Under the pieces are notes generated by a model. The model saw only the letters and a list, made by a program, of their open reading frames with translations, did not search any database and was not told where the DNA came from. DNA of 64,000 bases from an uncultured Actinomycetes bacterium. Its GTDB lineage: Bacteria; Actinomycetota; Thermoleophilia; Gaiellales; JAICJC01. A program made the translations under genes and the position numbers. Shown piece by piece: positions 8,963-18,618 of this stretch (the stretch's first letter is position 1; each line of letters opens with the position of its first letter). The DNA is taken from positions 321,560 through 385,559 of the forward strand of contig CAWCPM010000002.1 in the NCBI GenBank assembly GCA_963797565.1. Direction: 5' to 3'.

Positions 8963-10234
8963 GCTCGAGCAGTGCGGCGTCCAGGTCGGGCTCGCCCGCG
9001 GCCGGCTCCGGCACGTTGTCGCAGAAGACGACGCGCACTCCGTGTTCGGCCGCGTACTCGCAGACCACGTCGATCGCAGCCGCCTTCACCTCTACCAGGA
9101 ACGTGCCGGCCGCCGCGACGTCGTCCCGCTCCAGCGCCTCACGCAGCGCCCGCCGGTCGGACAGGGCCGGCACCACCGCAACCACGTCGGCCTCGAGCCG
9201 CTCGGCCAGGCCGCCCGCCCGCTCCGGCGGGGCGGTCGTGAAGAACGCCACCGGCCCGTCGCCCAGCGGCTCCGCGGGCGTCGGTCGCAGCGTCACCGCC
9301 ACCGTCGGCCGCCCCGGCGCAACAGCCTCGATCGCCTCGCGGGTCTCGTCGCAGCCGTGCTCGGCCATCGTGATCACGACCAGGTCGCTGCGGAGCACCC
9401 CGCACCGGGCCCAACCCCGCCGTCAGCGCCGCGGCCGGGCGGTGGGCCGACGTGACCAGCACCGTGCGATCGGCACGGAGCGGCGGCACGGCCGCTCCGG
9501 AGCCCTCCAGCAGGATCAGATCAGGGTCGAGCGACCCGGCCAGCCGGGCCGCCTCGGCCACGTTCGAGAGGTACGTGCCTCCCGACAGGCCGCCGCCGCA
9601 ACGGCGCGCGCCGACGGTGGCGACGCCCGTCAGCACCGCGTCCTCAAGGAAGTCGGAGGCCGCGTGCATCCCGGCTCGCGAGCGCTCCAGCAGCTGCTCG
9701 ACGCCGACCGGTCCATCCGACGGCACCACCAGCTCCGGCTCGGCCGGACCGCCGCGGCCCATCGCCACCACCACCACGTCGCGGCCGGCCGCATGCAGCA
9801 GGCGCGCCGCATGCGCCGAGACCGCCGTCTTCCCGACCCGCTTGCCGGTGCCGACGATCGCCAGCGCCGGGTGCTCGAGCGGCTCCGCGCAGGGCGGGCG
9901 CAGCTCGAAGTCAGCGCCCTCGTAGGCCAGCCCGGCGGCAAGCGCGTTCGCGGCCAGCCACAGCCGCCGCTTCTCGCTCAGCACCGGCTCGTCGGACAGG
10001 TCGAGCACGCGGTCCGCAGCCGTGGCGAGCGGCCGCCTCCAGCATCGAGGAAGCGGCGTCGCCGGACAGCTTCTCCAGCGGCACGCCGTAGTCGGGATCG
10101 CCGGCCAGCTTCTCGGTACCGCCCAGCAGCAGCGCCGCGACGACGTCGGCCGTCGCGGAGGCCTGCTCGAGCGCGGCCCGCACCACCTGCGGGTAGTGCT
10201 CGCCGTCGACCAGCGCGAGCACCCGTGGACGCAT
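8931..10234 (-). pseudogene. cyclic 2,3-diphosphoglycerate synthetase-like gene, split over three reading frames
   Basis: N-terminal part MRPRVLALVDGEHYPQVV.. (frame of ORF 9911..10816, from 10234). Middle part ..IVGTGKRVGKTAV.. (ORF 9139..10008). C-terminal part ..LRSDLVVITMAEH.. (ORF 8931..9398). Junctions lie near 10021 and at the C4 run 9398-9401. Confidence 0.6.
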
Positions 10235-11070
10235 CAGCGGCTCCCACGCTGGGGCGGGTGCTTCTCGTAGGCCAGCGTGCGGGTCGAGAAGCGGATGATC
10301 GTCTCGCGGTCGTGGTAGGGGTAGCGGCGGTAGATGTCGACCAGGTCGTCGCCGATCTCGACCACGTTGTAACAGGGCCGCGTGTAGCCGCGCACGCGCA
10401 GCGACGAGACGGTGCCGGCGTTGACAACGAACAGGTCCTCCAGCCGCCAGGCATACGGCACGTGCTTGTGACCCGAGAGCACCAGGTTGACCTTGGCGCG
10501 CTGCAGCACCTCCAGCGTGTCCCCCGCGTCGTGCACCACGTTGCGCTCGCGGCCGGTGCCGGGGATCGGCAGCAGGTGGTGGTGCAGCACGAACACCCGG
10601 AAGTCGGCTTCGGGCAGGAACTGCTCCTCGATCCAGTCGTACCGGCTGCGCCCCACCACGCCGTGGTCGAGGTCGGGCTCCGACGAGTCGATCGCCACGA
10701 ACGTGATGCCGTGCTTGCGCAGCACCGTCGAGCGCGGCCCCACCATCTCCTCGAAGTGCACGTAGCCGACGTTGCGGGAGTCGTGGTTGCCGGGGATCGT
10801 GATCACGTCCGGGCAATCCAGCTTGTCGAGGTAGCTGCGGGCTTGCGTGTACTCCTGCTTGTAGCCGAACGTGGTCAGATCGCCGGAGCAGACGACGACG
10901 TCGGGCCGCATGTCGTTGATCTCGACGATGGCGCGCTCCAGCAGGTTGGCCACGAAGTACGGCGACCCGCAGTGCAGGTCGGAGAGATGCGCGATCACGA
11001 ACGGGCGTTCCGCTGCCATAGGGTGGCGATCATAGACTGCGCTGTCCGCCCTGCGAAGTACAGTTTCCAA
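10234..11070 (-). CDS. metallophosphoesterase (calcineurin-like)
   Basis: ..FVIAHLSDLHCG.., ..CSGDLT.., ..PGNHD.., ..VLHHHL.., ..SGHKHV.. motifs. The stop overlaps the next gene's start (TGATG). Confidence 0.75.
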   Translation of the reverse strand: METVLRRADSAVYDRHPMAAERPFVIAHLSDLHCGSPYFVANLLERAIVEINDMRPDVVVCSGDLTTFGYKQEYTQARSYLDKLDCPDVITIPGNHDSRNVGYVHFEEMVGPRSTVLRKHGITFVAIDSSEPDLDHGVVGRSRYDWIEEQFLPEADFRVFVLHHHLLPIPGTGRERNVVHDAGDTLEVLQRAKVNLVLSGHKHVPYAWRLEDLFVVNAGTVSSLRVRGYTRPCYNVVEIGDDLVDIYRRYPYHDRETIIRFSTRTLAYEKHPPQRGSR

Positions 11071-11075
11071 GCGGA

Positions 11076-11441
11076 ATGCAGGAACAACCTCGGTTCCACG
11101 CCTTCACGGGCGACTCTCCGCCGGCCTTCGCCAACGAGGCCGAGCTCGAGTGTGCGCAGATCCTCGATTTCCACGGCATCCCCTGGGAATACGAGCCGCA
11201 CACCTTCACGCTCGACGTCGACGCGGACGGCAACACGCTCGAGGCGTTCACTCCCGACTTCTATCTGCCCGAGCAGGGGCTCTATCTCGAGATCACCACC
11301 ATGAAGCAATCGCTCGTGACCAAGAAGAACCGCAAGCTGCGCAGGCTGCGCGAGCTGCGACCGGACGTGCGGGTCAAGCTGTTCTACCGGCGCGACGTCG
11401 AGGCCCTTGCCGAGAAATATGAGCTCGGCGAGGCTTCGTGA
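11076..11441 (+). CDS. hypothetical protein, possible PD-(D/E)xK nuclease fold
   Basis: 121-aa ORF. ..TPDFYLPEQGLYLEITTMK.. resembles a PD..E.K core. Translationally coupled to hpt. Confidence 0.45.
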   Translation: MQEQPRFHAFTGDSPPAFANEAELECAQILDFHGIPWEYEPHTFTLDVDADGNTLEAFTPDFYLPEQGLYLEITTMKQSLVTKKNRKLRRLRELRPDVRVKLFYRRDVEALAEKYELGEAS

Positions 11442-11986
11442 GCGTGGCCGCGGAGCGGCTGCTGCCATCGCCCGGTGAGATCGTCTTCGGATCGGATCTG
11501 ATCGCCGGGCGGCTGGACGAGCTGGCACGCCAGATCAGCGGCGACTATCGCGGCCGCGACCTGGTGCTGGTGACCGTGCTGAAGGGCTCCGCGATCTTCC
11601 TGGCCGACCTGTCGCGGCGGCTGACGATCCCCCACCGTCTGGACTTCATCGCGATCTCGGCCTACCGCGGCGCGTCTGCGGGGTCGAGCGGGCGGATCCG
11701 GCTGCTGAAGGACATCGACCGCCCGGTGCGCGACTGGCACGTGCTGATCGTCGAGGACATCGTCGACACCGGCCTCACGCTCAACTATCTGTTCACGACG
11801 CTGCGATTCCGCGGCGCCGCATCCGTCGAGGTGTGCACGCTGCTCGACCGCCCCTACCGGCGGCTGGTCGAGATCGAGCCGCGCTACGTCGGATTCACTG
11901 CCCCCGATGCGTTCGTTGTGGGATACGGGTTCGATCACCGCCAGCGCTTCCGGAACCTGCCGGACATCCACCTGCTCGCGCGCTGA
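11438..11986 (+). CDS. hpt: hypoxanthine phosphoribosyltransferase
   Basis: ..LVLVTVLKGSAIFLADL.. and the PRPP motif ..VLIVEDIVDTGLTL... GTG start. Confidence 0.85.
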   Translation: MSVAAERLLPSPGEIVFGSDLIAGRLDELARQISGDYRGRDLVLVTVLKGSAIFLADLSRRLTIPHRLDFIAISAYRGASAGSSGRIRLLKDIDRPVRDWHVLIVEDIVDTGLTLNYLFTTLRFRGAASVEVCTLLDRPYRRLVEIEPRYVGFTAPDAFVVGYGFDHRQRFRNLPDIHLLAR

Positions 11987-12869
11987 GCTCGTCGCGCACG
12001 ATCGACGCAACCCGCTCGCGGTCCTGGCGCAGCCCGTACGGTCCCGCCCGGTAGGCGTCCCGGTGCAGGTCGACCAGCGCCGGCAGCTCCCGCTCCAGCC
12101 ACTCGAAGTAGTGCTCGCGCACGCCCGGGCGCAGGTGCAGGAGGATCGGGCTGACGTGATCGGCGCCGGCGTCCAGGCAGGTCCGGGTCAGCCGCCGGAT
12201 CTGCTCCTCACCGTCGCTGATCCCGGGCAGGATCGGCGCCATCAGCACGGACGGCCGCAGCCCCGCCGCGGCCAGCCGCGAGATCGCCTCCAGCCGACTG
12301 CTGGGCGACGCTGCACCCGGCTCGCTGATCCGCGCCACCGCATCCTCGTCGGTGCCGATCGACATCGCCACGCTCACACGCGTGCGCCCCGCGGCCTCGC
12401 TCAGCAGGTCGATGTCGCGCACGATCAGCGACGACTTGGTCAGGATCGAGAACGGGTTGCGCCGCCGTGACAGCACCTCCACCAGCCCCCGCGTCAGCCG
12501 GTAGTGGCCCTCGGCCGGCTGGTAGGGGTCGGTGTTCGTGCCCATCGCGATCGAGTCGCCGCCCCAGGCGGGATCCTCCAGCTCGCGGTCGAGCTTCTCG
12601 ACCGCGTTCACCTTGACCACGATCCGCCGCTCGAAGTCCTCGCCCGAGTTCAGGCCCAGGTACTCGTGCGTGGGCCGAGCGAAGCAGTACGTGCAGGCGT
12701 GCCGGCAGCCGCGGTAGACGTTGATGGTGTGGCGGAACGGCATCCGGGACGAGGCCGGCAGCGTGTTGATGATCCGCCGCGCGTTGACCGCCATGTACTC
12801 CACGCTGGGCAGCTCTCGCTGCTCGGGGCCGAACAGCGCCAGCTGCGGTTCATCAGGTAGCCACCGCAT
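11895..12869 (-). CDS. radical SAM protein (Rv2578c-like / SPL-related family)
   Basis: CxxxCxxC cluster motif in ..YRGCRHACTYCFARPTHEY... A perfect LexA box lies 14 nt upstream of the start. Confidence 0.8.
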   Translation of the reverse strand: MRWLPDEPQLALFGPEQRELPSVEYMAVNARRIINTLPASSRMPFRHTINVYRGCRHACTYCFARPTHEYLGLNSGEDFERRIVVKVNAVEKLDRELEDPAWGGDSIAMGTNTDPYQPAEGHYRLTRGLVEVLSRRRNPFSILTKSSLIVRDIDLLSEAAGRTRVSVAMSIGTDEDAVARISEPGAASPSSRLEAISRLAAAGLRPSVLMAPILPGISDGEEQIRRLTRTCLDAGADHVSPILLHLRPGVREHYFEWLERELPALVDLHRDAYRAGPYGLRQDRERVASIVRDELSARAGGCPAGSGSAGGDRTRIPQRTHRGQ

Positions 12870-12882
12870 GCGGGCACTATAG

Positions 12883-12896
12883 CGAACATATGTTCG
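12883..12896. promoter_or_regulatory. LexA (SOS) box, perfect palindrome CGAACATATGTTCG
   Basis: Matches the Gram-positive/actinobacterial GAAC-N4-GTTC consensus exactly. Lies just upstream of the radical SAM gene start (12869). Confidence 0.7.
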
Positions 12897-12923
12897 CCTC
12901 GCACGAGGCGGACGAACGCGGGT

Positions 12924-13730
12924 CTACTGCTCGCGCTCAGGCTCGGCGGCAGGCTGCTCGGCGGGCGCCGCCGCGGGCTGCTCGGCGGGCTGCCCCTCGC
13001 TCAGCTCCCCCGCCGATGCGGCCGGGGCGGCCAGCTCCGTGCGGATCTTGTTCAGCTCGGCATCGACCTGGGCATCCGCCGAGAGCGCCGCGATCTGGCG
13101 ATCGAGCGACGATGTGCCGGACGCGCCCACCTCGTCCAGGGCGCCGGTCGAGACCAGCTCCTCGACGGCGGACGCGCGCGCCCGCATCTGCTCCACCTGA
13201 TCCTGCGCCCGCGCCGTGGCGGCGCCGATGTCCGACAGCTCCGACGAGAGGCCCGCCGTCGCCTCGCCGATCCGCACCTGTGCCTCGGCGGCCGAGTACT
13301 GCGCCTTGATCACTTCCTTCTGGGTGCGGAAGGCCTCGACCTTCTGCGAGAGCTCCTGTTGCTGGGCGACCATCTGGCGCTGCTGCTCCTCGAGCCCGGC
13401 GATCTGCTGGTCGAGCCCCTGCAGCTGCTCCTGCACCAGCACCTTGCGCTCCAGCGCCGTGCGGGCGAGGTCGTCGCGCCCGGCCGAAATCGCCTGGCGG
13501 GCCTGGCCGTCGAGCTTGACGACGCTCTGCTCGAGCCCCTGGGTCTGGTGCTGCAGCCGCTTCTTCGCGGTGACCACGTCGGCCAGCCCGCGCTTGGTCT
13601 TCTGCAGCATCTCCAGCTGCTTCTGATAGCTGTAGTCGAGCGTCTCGCCCGGGTTCTCGACCCGGTCCAGCGTGCGACTGGCCTTGGCCTTGAAGATCAT
13701 CGTGAACCGCTGCCACAACCCCACGGTCAT
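12924..13730 (-). CDS. pspA: PspA/IM30 family protein
   Basis: N-terminal ..IFKAKASRTLDRVENPGETLDYSYQKQLEMLQ.. and a long coiled-coil region typical of PspA/Vipp1. Confidence 0.8.
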   Translation of the reverse strand: MTVGLWQRFTMIFKAKASRTLDRVENPGETLDYSYQKQLEMLQKTKRGLADVVTAKKRLQHQTQGLEQSVVKLDGQARQAISAGRDDLARTALERKVLVQEQLQGLDQQIAGLEEQQRQMVAQQQELSQKVEAFRTQKEVIKAQYSAAEAQVRIGEATAGLSSELSDIGAATARAQDQVEQMRARASAVEELVSTGALDEVGASGTSSLDRQIAALSADAQVDAELNKIRTELAAPAASAGELSEGQPAEQPAAAPAEQPAAEPEREQ

Positions 13731-14050
13731 TCCTCCGGAGACGACGTATCGGGCTCGGAATCTAGCGTATCAAGCCCTCGCAGGGCGGCCGCGGCCTCCG
13801 AGCGCAGTCTCCGCCGCTCGCTCTGGTAGTCCTCGTCGCTGACCTTGCCGGTGCGGTGATCCTGCTCCAGGTCGCGCAGGCCGGCGTATGCGGCGTCGCG
13901 ACGCTCCATCAACTCCAGCCGGTTGCGGTCGCGTGCTGACAGCGCCTGCTCGGGCGCTCCCCGCTCCGGCGACAGGAACGGCCACGCCACCGCCACCACC
14001 ACGGTGGCGACGATGACCGCCACGACGGCGGCCTCGACGGCGGTGCTCAC
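13727..14050 (-). CDS. small membrane-anchored protein downstream of ccmF
   Basis: One N-terminal TM helix then a charged helical tail. Start and stop are coupled to both neighbours. No CXXC motif, so not a recognisable CcmH. Confidence 0.45.
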   Translation of the reverse strand: MSTAVEAAVVAVIVATVVVAVAWPFLSPERGAPEQALSARDRNRLELMERRDAAYAGLRDLEQDHRTGKVSDEDYQSERRRLRSEAAAALRGLDTLDSEPDTSSPEE

Positions 14051-16093
14051 GCCTCTTTGGCCAGCGCGGTCGAGTAGCGTCGCGCGAGCTGGCGTGCCTC
14101 GCGCGGATCGGGCCAGATCGTGATGGCGGCGCCCAGCACGAACACCAGGCCGGCCAGCCAGATCAGGCTCACCATCGGGTTCACCAGCGCCTTGATGACG
14201 ACCTCGTTCTTGCTCGGGTCGGCGCCCTGCAGGATCGTGTAGACGTCGACGCCGCGCAGGTCGTGGCGGATGTCGACCTCGTTTGACTGCGTCTTCACCG
14301 TGTGGTCGGTGAAGTCACGCACGGCCGGATACAGCGTCCCCTGCGTGCTGCCGCCACGGCTCACCACCAGCCGCGCGGCCGTGTCCACGTAGTTGGGGCC
14401 GGTGGTTGACCGCATGCCGGTGTAGGTGAGCGTGTAGCCGCCCACCTGCATCGACTGTCCGGGCTTCAGCGCCGCCTGGCTGACGCTGCCGTAGGCGCCG
14501 GAGGCGGCGATGCCGACCACCAACAACACCACGGCCAGGTGCACGACGTAGCCGCCGTAGCGCCGGCGGTTGCGGCTGACCAGGTCGACCAGCGCCCGCG
14601 GCCAGGAACCGCCGGCGATCGCCCTGCGCGCCGAGGCCCCGCGCGCGAACTCCAGGCCGATCGTGACCGTCACGAAGATGCACAGCGAGAACGCCGTCAG
14701 CCCGGGCCAGCTCGACCCCAGGCCCAGCAGCGCAAGCAGCGCGCCGCCGGCGGCGGCCGAGATCACCGGCCAGCGGAACGTGCGCCAGAGGCTGCCCGGC
14801 GTCGCCCGCCGCCACGCGATCAGCGGACCGATTCCGGTCAGCGCCAGCAGCGGCAGGCCGAACGCGACCAGGAAGAAGTTGTAGTACGGCACCGACACCG
14901 TGCTGCGTACGCCTCGCACCGCCTCGGACAGGAGCGGGAACACCACGCCCCACAGGATCACGAACGCGAACGCCAGCAGCAGCAGGTTGTTGAACAGGAA
15001 CGTCGCCTCGCGCGACACCACCGACTCCAGCTTGTGGTCGCTGCGCAGCAGCGGCAGCCGCCACACCAAAAGCGTCGTCGCGAACGCCAGCACGATCGAC
15101 AGGAACACCAGCAGCGCCGGCCCCACCGGTGACTGCACGAACGAGTGGATCGAGTCGACCACGCCGCTCCGGGTCAGGAACGTGCCGAAGATCGACAGCG
15201 CGAACGTGGCGGTGACCAGCACCACGTTCCAGACCTTCAGCATGCCCCGCTTCTCCTGCACCATCACCGAGTGCAGGTAGGCGGTGCCGGCCAGCCATGG
15301 CATCAGCGCCGCGTTCTCGACGGGATCCCAGCCCCAGTAGCCGCCCCAGCCGATCTCGACGTAGGCCCAGTGCGCCCCCAGCAGCATGCCAACGCCCAGC
15401 GACGCCCATGCGAACAGCGTCCAGCGGCGCACGGACGCCAGCCAGCGGGCGTCGGTGCGGCGCGTGATCAGCGCCGCCATGGCGAACGCGAACGGCACGG
15501 CGAACGAGACGTAGCCGAGGTAGAGGGCCGGGGGGTGCGCGGCCATGTAGGGGTTCTGCAGCGACGGGTCGAGACCGAACCCGTCGTGCGGCACGACCCC
15601 GGCCGTGCGCTCGAACGGCGAGGAGATGATCGTCGCCATCGTTGCGAAGAACACCATGCAGCCGCCCAGCACCGCCGTCACCCACGGCATCAGCTCACGG
15701 TTCTTGTGCCTGTTCTGCAGCGTCACCAGCGAGGAAGCGCCGGTCAGCACCGTCAGCCACAGCAATAGCGAACCGGGCTGGCTGGCCCACAGCGAGGTCA
15801 GCAGGTAGGGCGTCGGCAGCGTGCGGCTGGTGTGCTGCAGGACGACCGCGATCGAGAAGTCGTGGCGCACCAGCGCCACCTCGAGCAGCACCACCGCCGA
15901 CACCGTGCACACGAACGCCGCCATCACGGCGTTGCCGGCGCTGCGCATCAATCGCCGGTCGCGGCGCAACCCGGCCACCACGGACGCCACGAGTGGCGTA
16001 GGTGACCAGCGCCAGCACGAGCAGCAGCAGCGCGCTGCCGACGGTGGCCAAGGTCAGGCCCCCGAGCCGCCGCCCGAGTACTTGCTCGGGCAC
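14047..16093 (-). CDS. ccmF: cytochrome c heme lyase CcmF (apparent frameshift near 15982)
   Basis: ORF 14047..15990 carries the WGGYWGWDPVENAALMPWL tryptophan-rich motif. The expected first TM (..LGGLTLATVGSALLLLVLALVTYATRGV) is in the frame of ORF 15695..16093 and joins ..VVAGLRRDRRLM.. one base out of frame. Confidence 0.8.
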
Positions 16094-16467
16094 TTCGTGA
16101 TCAGCGAGTCGGGGTTGGCCTCGAACTGGCCGTTCACCATGTGCCCGGTGACGATGATCCGCCGGCCCTGCTGGAAGGCGTCGGGCACCGACCCGCCCGA
16201 GTAGCGCACCGGCACGGTCTGCGTCGACCCCTCGTCCTTCACGACCATCGTGAAGGGTGCCTGGGCGGTGGCGCAGTCGACCCGCTCGCAGCTGATCGCG
16301 GTGCCTGTGAGCTGCACCGTGTGCTTGGCGGCGCCGTCCTTGTCGGCGCGCAGCTGGCTGACCGTGACGACCAGCTGCCCGGAGCCTCGGGCGACCTGGT
16401 AGACCAGGAACACCGCCAGCAGAGCTGCGACGGCGAGCGCGATCACCAGGCGCGGAGCGGCAGTCAT
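16054..16467 (-). CDS. ccmE: heme chaperone CcmE, Cys variant (CxxxY)
   Basis: TM anchor plus OB-fold-like body. C-terminal ..SLITKCPSKY.. sits where canonical CcmE has HxxxY. Confidence 0.8.
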   Translation of the reverse strand: MTAAPRLVIALAVAALLAVFLVYQVARGSGQLVVTVSQLRADKDGAAKHTVQLTGTAISCERVDCATAQAPFTMVVKDEGSTQTVPVRYSGGSVPDAFQQGRRIIVTGHMVNGQFEANPDSLITKCPSKYSGGGSGA

Positions 16468-16513
16468 CGCCGTCAGCGTATCAAGGGCGTTCGCCGTTCA
16501 GCCGCAGGCCGGC

Positions 16514-16738
16514 TCACGCCGCGGTGTCGGGCACTGCGTAGCCAAGATCGAGGCACAGCTGCCCGCGCTGCGTCTCGCGCAGGGCGTCGGTGTAGCCCTG
16601 GCCGTAGGCGGCGCGCAGGAACCACCCCAGCAGCTCCATGTCGAGGTGCTCGGGGCGCAGCTCGAACAGCTCAGCCCACAGCTCGGCCAGCCGGACGTCG
16701 ATCGCCATCGCCAACGTGTCTTTGCGCTCGTTTGCCAT
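16514..16738 (-). CDS. hypothetical 74-aa protein
   Basis: In-frame ATG at 16738 in the tail of ORF 16514..17650 (MANERKDTLAMAIDVRLAELW..). The rest of that long ORF is Arg/Pro-rich shadow sequence. Confidence 0.35.
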   Translation of the reverse strand: MANERKDTLAMAIDVRLAELWAELFELRPEHLDMELLGWFLRAAYGQGYTDALRETQRGQLCLDLGYAVPDTAA

Positions 16739-16825
16739 CAAATCACAGCGTAGGTGGGCCATCGGACGGAGTGCCACCCGAATTGGGGCTGCAACCGCGG
16801 CATCCCGCCCCGATAGACTCGCACC

Positions 16826-17461
16826 ATGCCCAATCTCGCCACCTGGCTGGCATTCGTCGCCACGGCGCTGGTGCTGCTCCTGATCCCGGGGCCGGCCGTG
16901 CTCTACATCGTCTCGCAGAGCGTGGAGCACGGACGCCGGGCGGGCCTGATGGCGACGCTCGGCGTGCACTGCGGCACGCTGGTGCACATCACCGCGGCCG
17001 CACTGGGGCTGTCGGCGATCCTGGTGTCCTCCTCGCTCGCGTTCGGGGCGGTGCGCCTGATCGGTGCCGCCTACCTGATCTACCTGGGCGTACGCACCCT
17101 TGCCGACCGAACCGCCCGCACCCAGGCGCCCGCGCCCCGCGAGACGCGGCTCGGCCTGATCTTCCGCCAGGGCATCCTGGTGAACGTCACCAACCCGAAG
17201 ACGGCGCTGTTCTTCTTCGCCTTCCTGCCGCAGTTCGTGAACCGAAACGGCGCGCCGATCCCCGAGCAGATCGTGGTGCTGGGGCTGACCTTCGCCGTGC
17301 TCGGCCTGATCACCGACGGCACCTGGGCGGTCGTGGCGGGCAGCGCGGCCGGCTGGGTGAAGGGGCGTTCGTCGGTGCGCAGCCTGCAGCGCTGGGTGAC
17401 CGGGTGCATCTTCATCGGCCTGGGCGTGGCGACCGCCCTGGTCGGGTCCGAGAAGCGCTAG
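16826..17461 (+). CDS. LysE/RhtB family amino-acid exporter
   Basis: ..LLLIPGPAVLYIVSQS.. N-terminal signature and six hydrophobic segments. Confidence 0.8.
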   Translation: MPNLATWLAFVATALVLLLIPGPAVLYIVSQSVEHGRRAGLMATLGVHCGTLVHITAAALGLSAILVSSSLAFGAVRLIGAAYLIYLGVRTLADRTARTQAPAPRETRLGLIFRQGILVNVTNPKTALFFFAFLPQFVNRNGAPIPEQIVVLGLTFAVLGLITDGTWAVVAGSAAGWVKGRSSVRSLQRWVTGCIFIGLGVATALVGSEKR

Positions 17462-18597
17462 CCGGCGGACGTATCCAGCTCGAGGCCCTCGAAGCGGGCC
17501 AGGGCGGCCGCGTCCTCGAGCAGCAGCCTGGCGTCGTCCGCGGACGGCCGCTCCCACAGCTGTTGCTCGACGACCAGGCGGCGACCGCCGGCGCGCGATG
17601 ACCACACGCCGATCGCGATGCCGGACACCGTCACCACCGACTTGATCCACCCGTCGCGCCGCACCTCACGGGAGTGGATTCCGGGCACGGCGAACTCGCG
17701 GTCCTTCCAGCCGAGCGTGTAGGCGTCGAACGCGCCCAGCAGCCGCGGCGACGGCTCCGCCGTGCGCCGTGCACCGCGGATCAGCATCGCCATCGACCCG
17801 ATCTCGCGCAGCTCGCCGCCGATGGCGGCGAACCCGGCTCGCGCGTCGCGCAGCGGCAGGCCCGCCCACAACGCCAGGTCGGCCGGGGTGGCGGGGCCAT
17901 GGCCGCGCAGGTAACGCCGCGCCAGCTCAGCCAGCGCCTCGTCTCGGTCGGCTCCACGCAGCTCCCCGGCCGGGCTGTTGCCCAGCCAGTCACGGGTGAG
18001 CACGAACGTCTGGCGGCCGCGCACCACCGGGCCGCGCACCGTTGCCCCCGCCTGAGAGGACTGGAACAGCAGGTGCACGAGCGCCTGGCCGCCTGGATCG
18101 AGGTCGCGGCCGGCCAGCATCCGGCCGATCGCGGCTCGTTCCATCGGGCCGTCGGCGAGCGCACGCTCGATCAGGCGCACCGCCCGGTCGGCGCGGCCGG
18201 GCGGGAATCCCTCCTGCAGCAGGCGCCGCGCGTTCGCCTGGCGCTGTGGCGGGCCGGTCAGGCCCAGCAGCCAGGGATAGTCCTCGGGCTCGACCATGTG
18301 CAGCGTGCCGCGGCAGAGCCATCCGATCACGACCTCGCGCCGGCCGATGGCGTCGTTCACGCCGGCTGCCGTGATGCCGGCGCTGCGAGCGCGCACGGCC
18401 AGCCGCACGGCGCGCAGATCCTGCGCCTGCAGGGCCAGCACCTGGCGCGGCACCGCGGCCACGCTGCGGGCGGGAGGGCCGGCCAGGAGCTGGGCGGTCG
18501 CCCGCATGCGCCGGATGCGGGCGGTGTCGGTGGCTGCAGACATGTGCTCGACAATATCCGGATGAAGGGTCGCGCCGGCCCGACTACCCTGAAGCAA
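17458..18597 (-). CDS. winged-helix DNA glycosylase-like protein (YcaQ/AlkZ, DUF1006 family)
   Basis: ..WLCRGTLHMVEPEDYPWLL.. and the overall layout resemble the YcaQ/AlkZ family. The true start may be the internal Met at 18543. Confidence 0.6.
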   Translation of the reverse strand: MLQGSRAGATLHPDIVEHMSAATDTARIRRMRATAQLLAGPPARSVAAVPRQVLALQAQDLRAVRLAVRARSAGITAAGVNDAIGRREVVIGWLCRGTLHMVEPEDYPWLLGLTGPPQRQANARRLLQEGFPPGRADRAVRLIERALADGPMERAAIGRMLAGRDLDPGGQALVHLLFQSSQAGATVRGPVVRGRQTFVLTRDWLGNSPAGELRGADRDEALAELARRYLRGHGPATPADLALWAGLPLRDARAGFAAIGGELREIGSMAMLIRGARRTAEPSPRLLGAFDAYTLGWKDREFAVPGIHSREVRRDGWIKSVVTVSGIAIGVWSSRAGGRRLVVEQQLWERPSADDARLLLEDAAALARFEGLELDTSAG

Positions 18598-18618
18598 TCA
18601 CCGACCAGGGAGGCAGCC

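Noticed and set aside
11895-11986. 92-bp convergent overlap of the hpt and radical SAM 3' ends as a possible antisense regulatory feature or hidden frameshift.
   Set aside because: Both ORFs read through to their stops with plausible sequence. The radical SAM tail is Gly/Arg-rich and may just be a non-conserved extension. Nothing further can be supported from the sequence alone.
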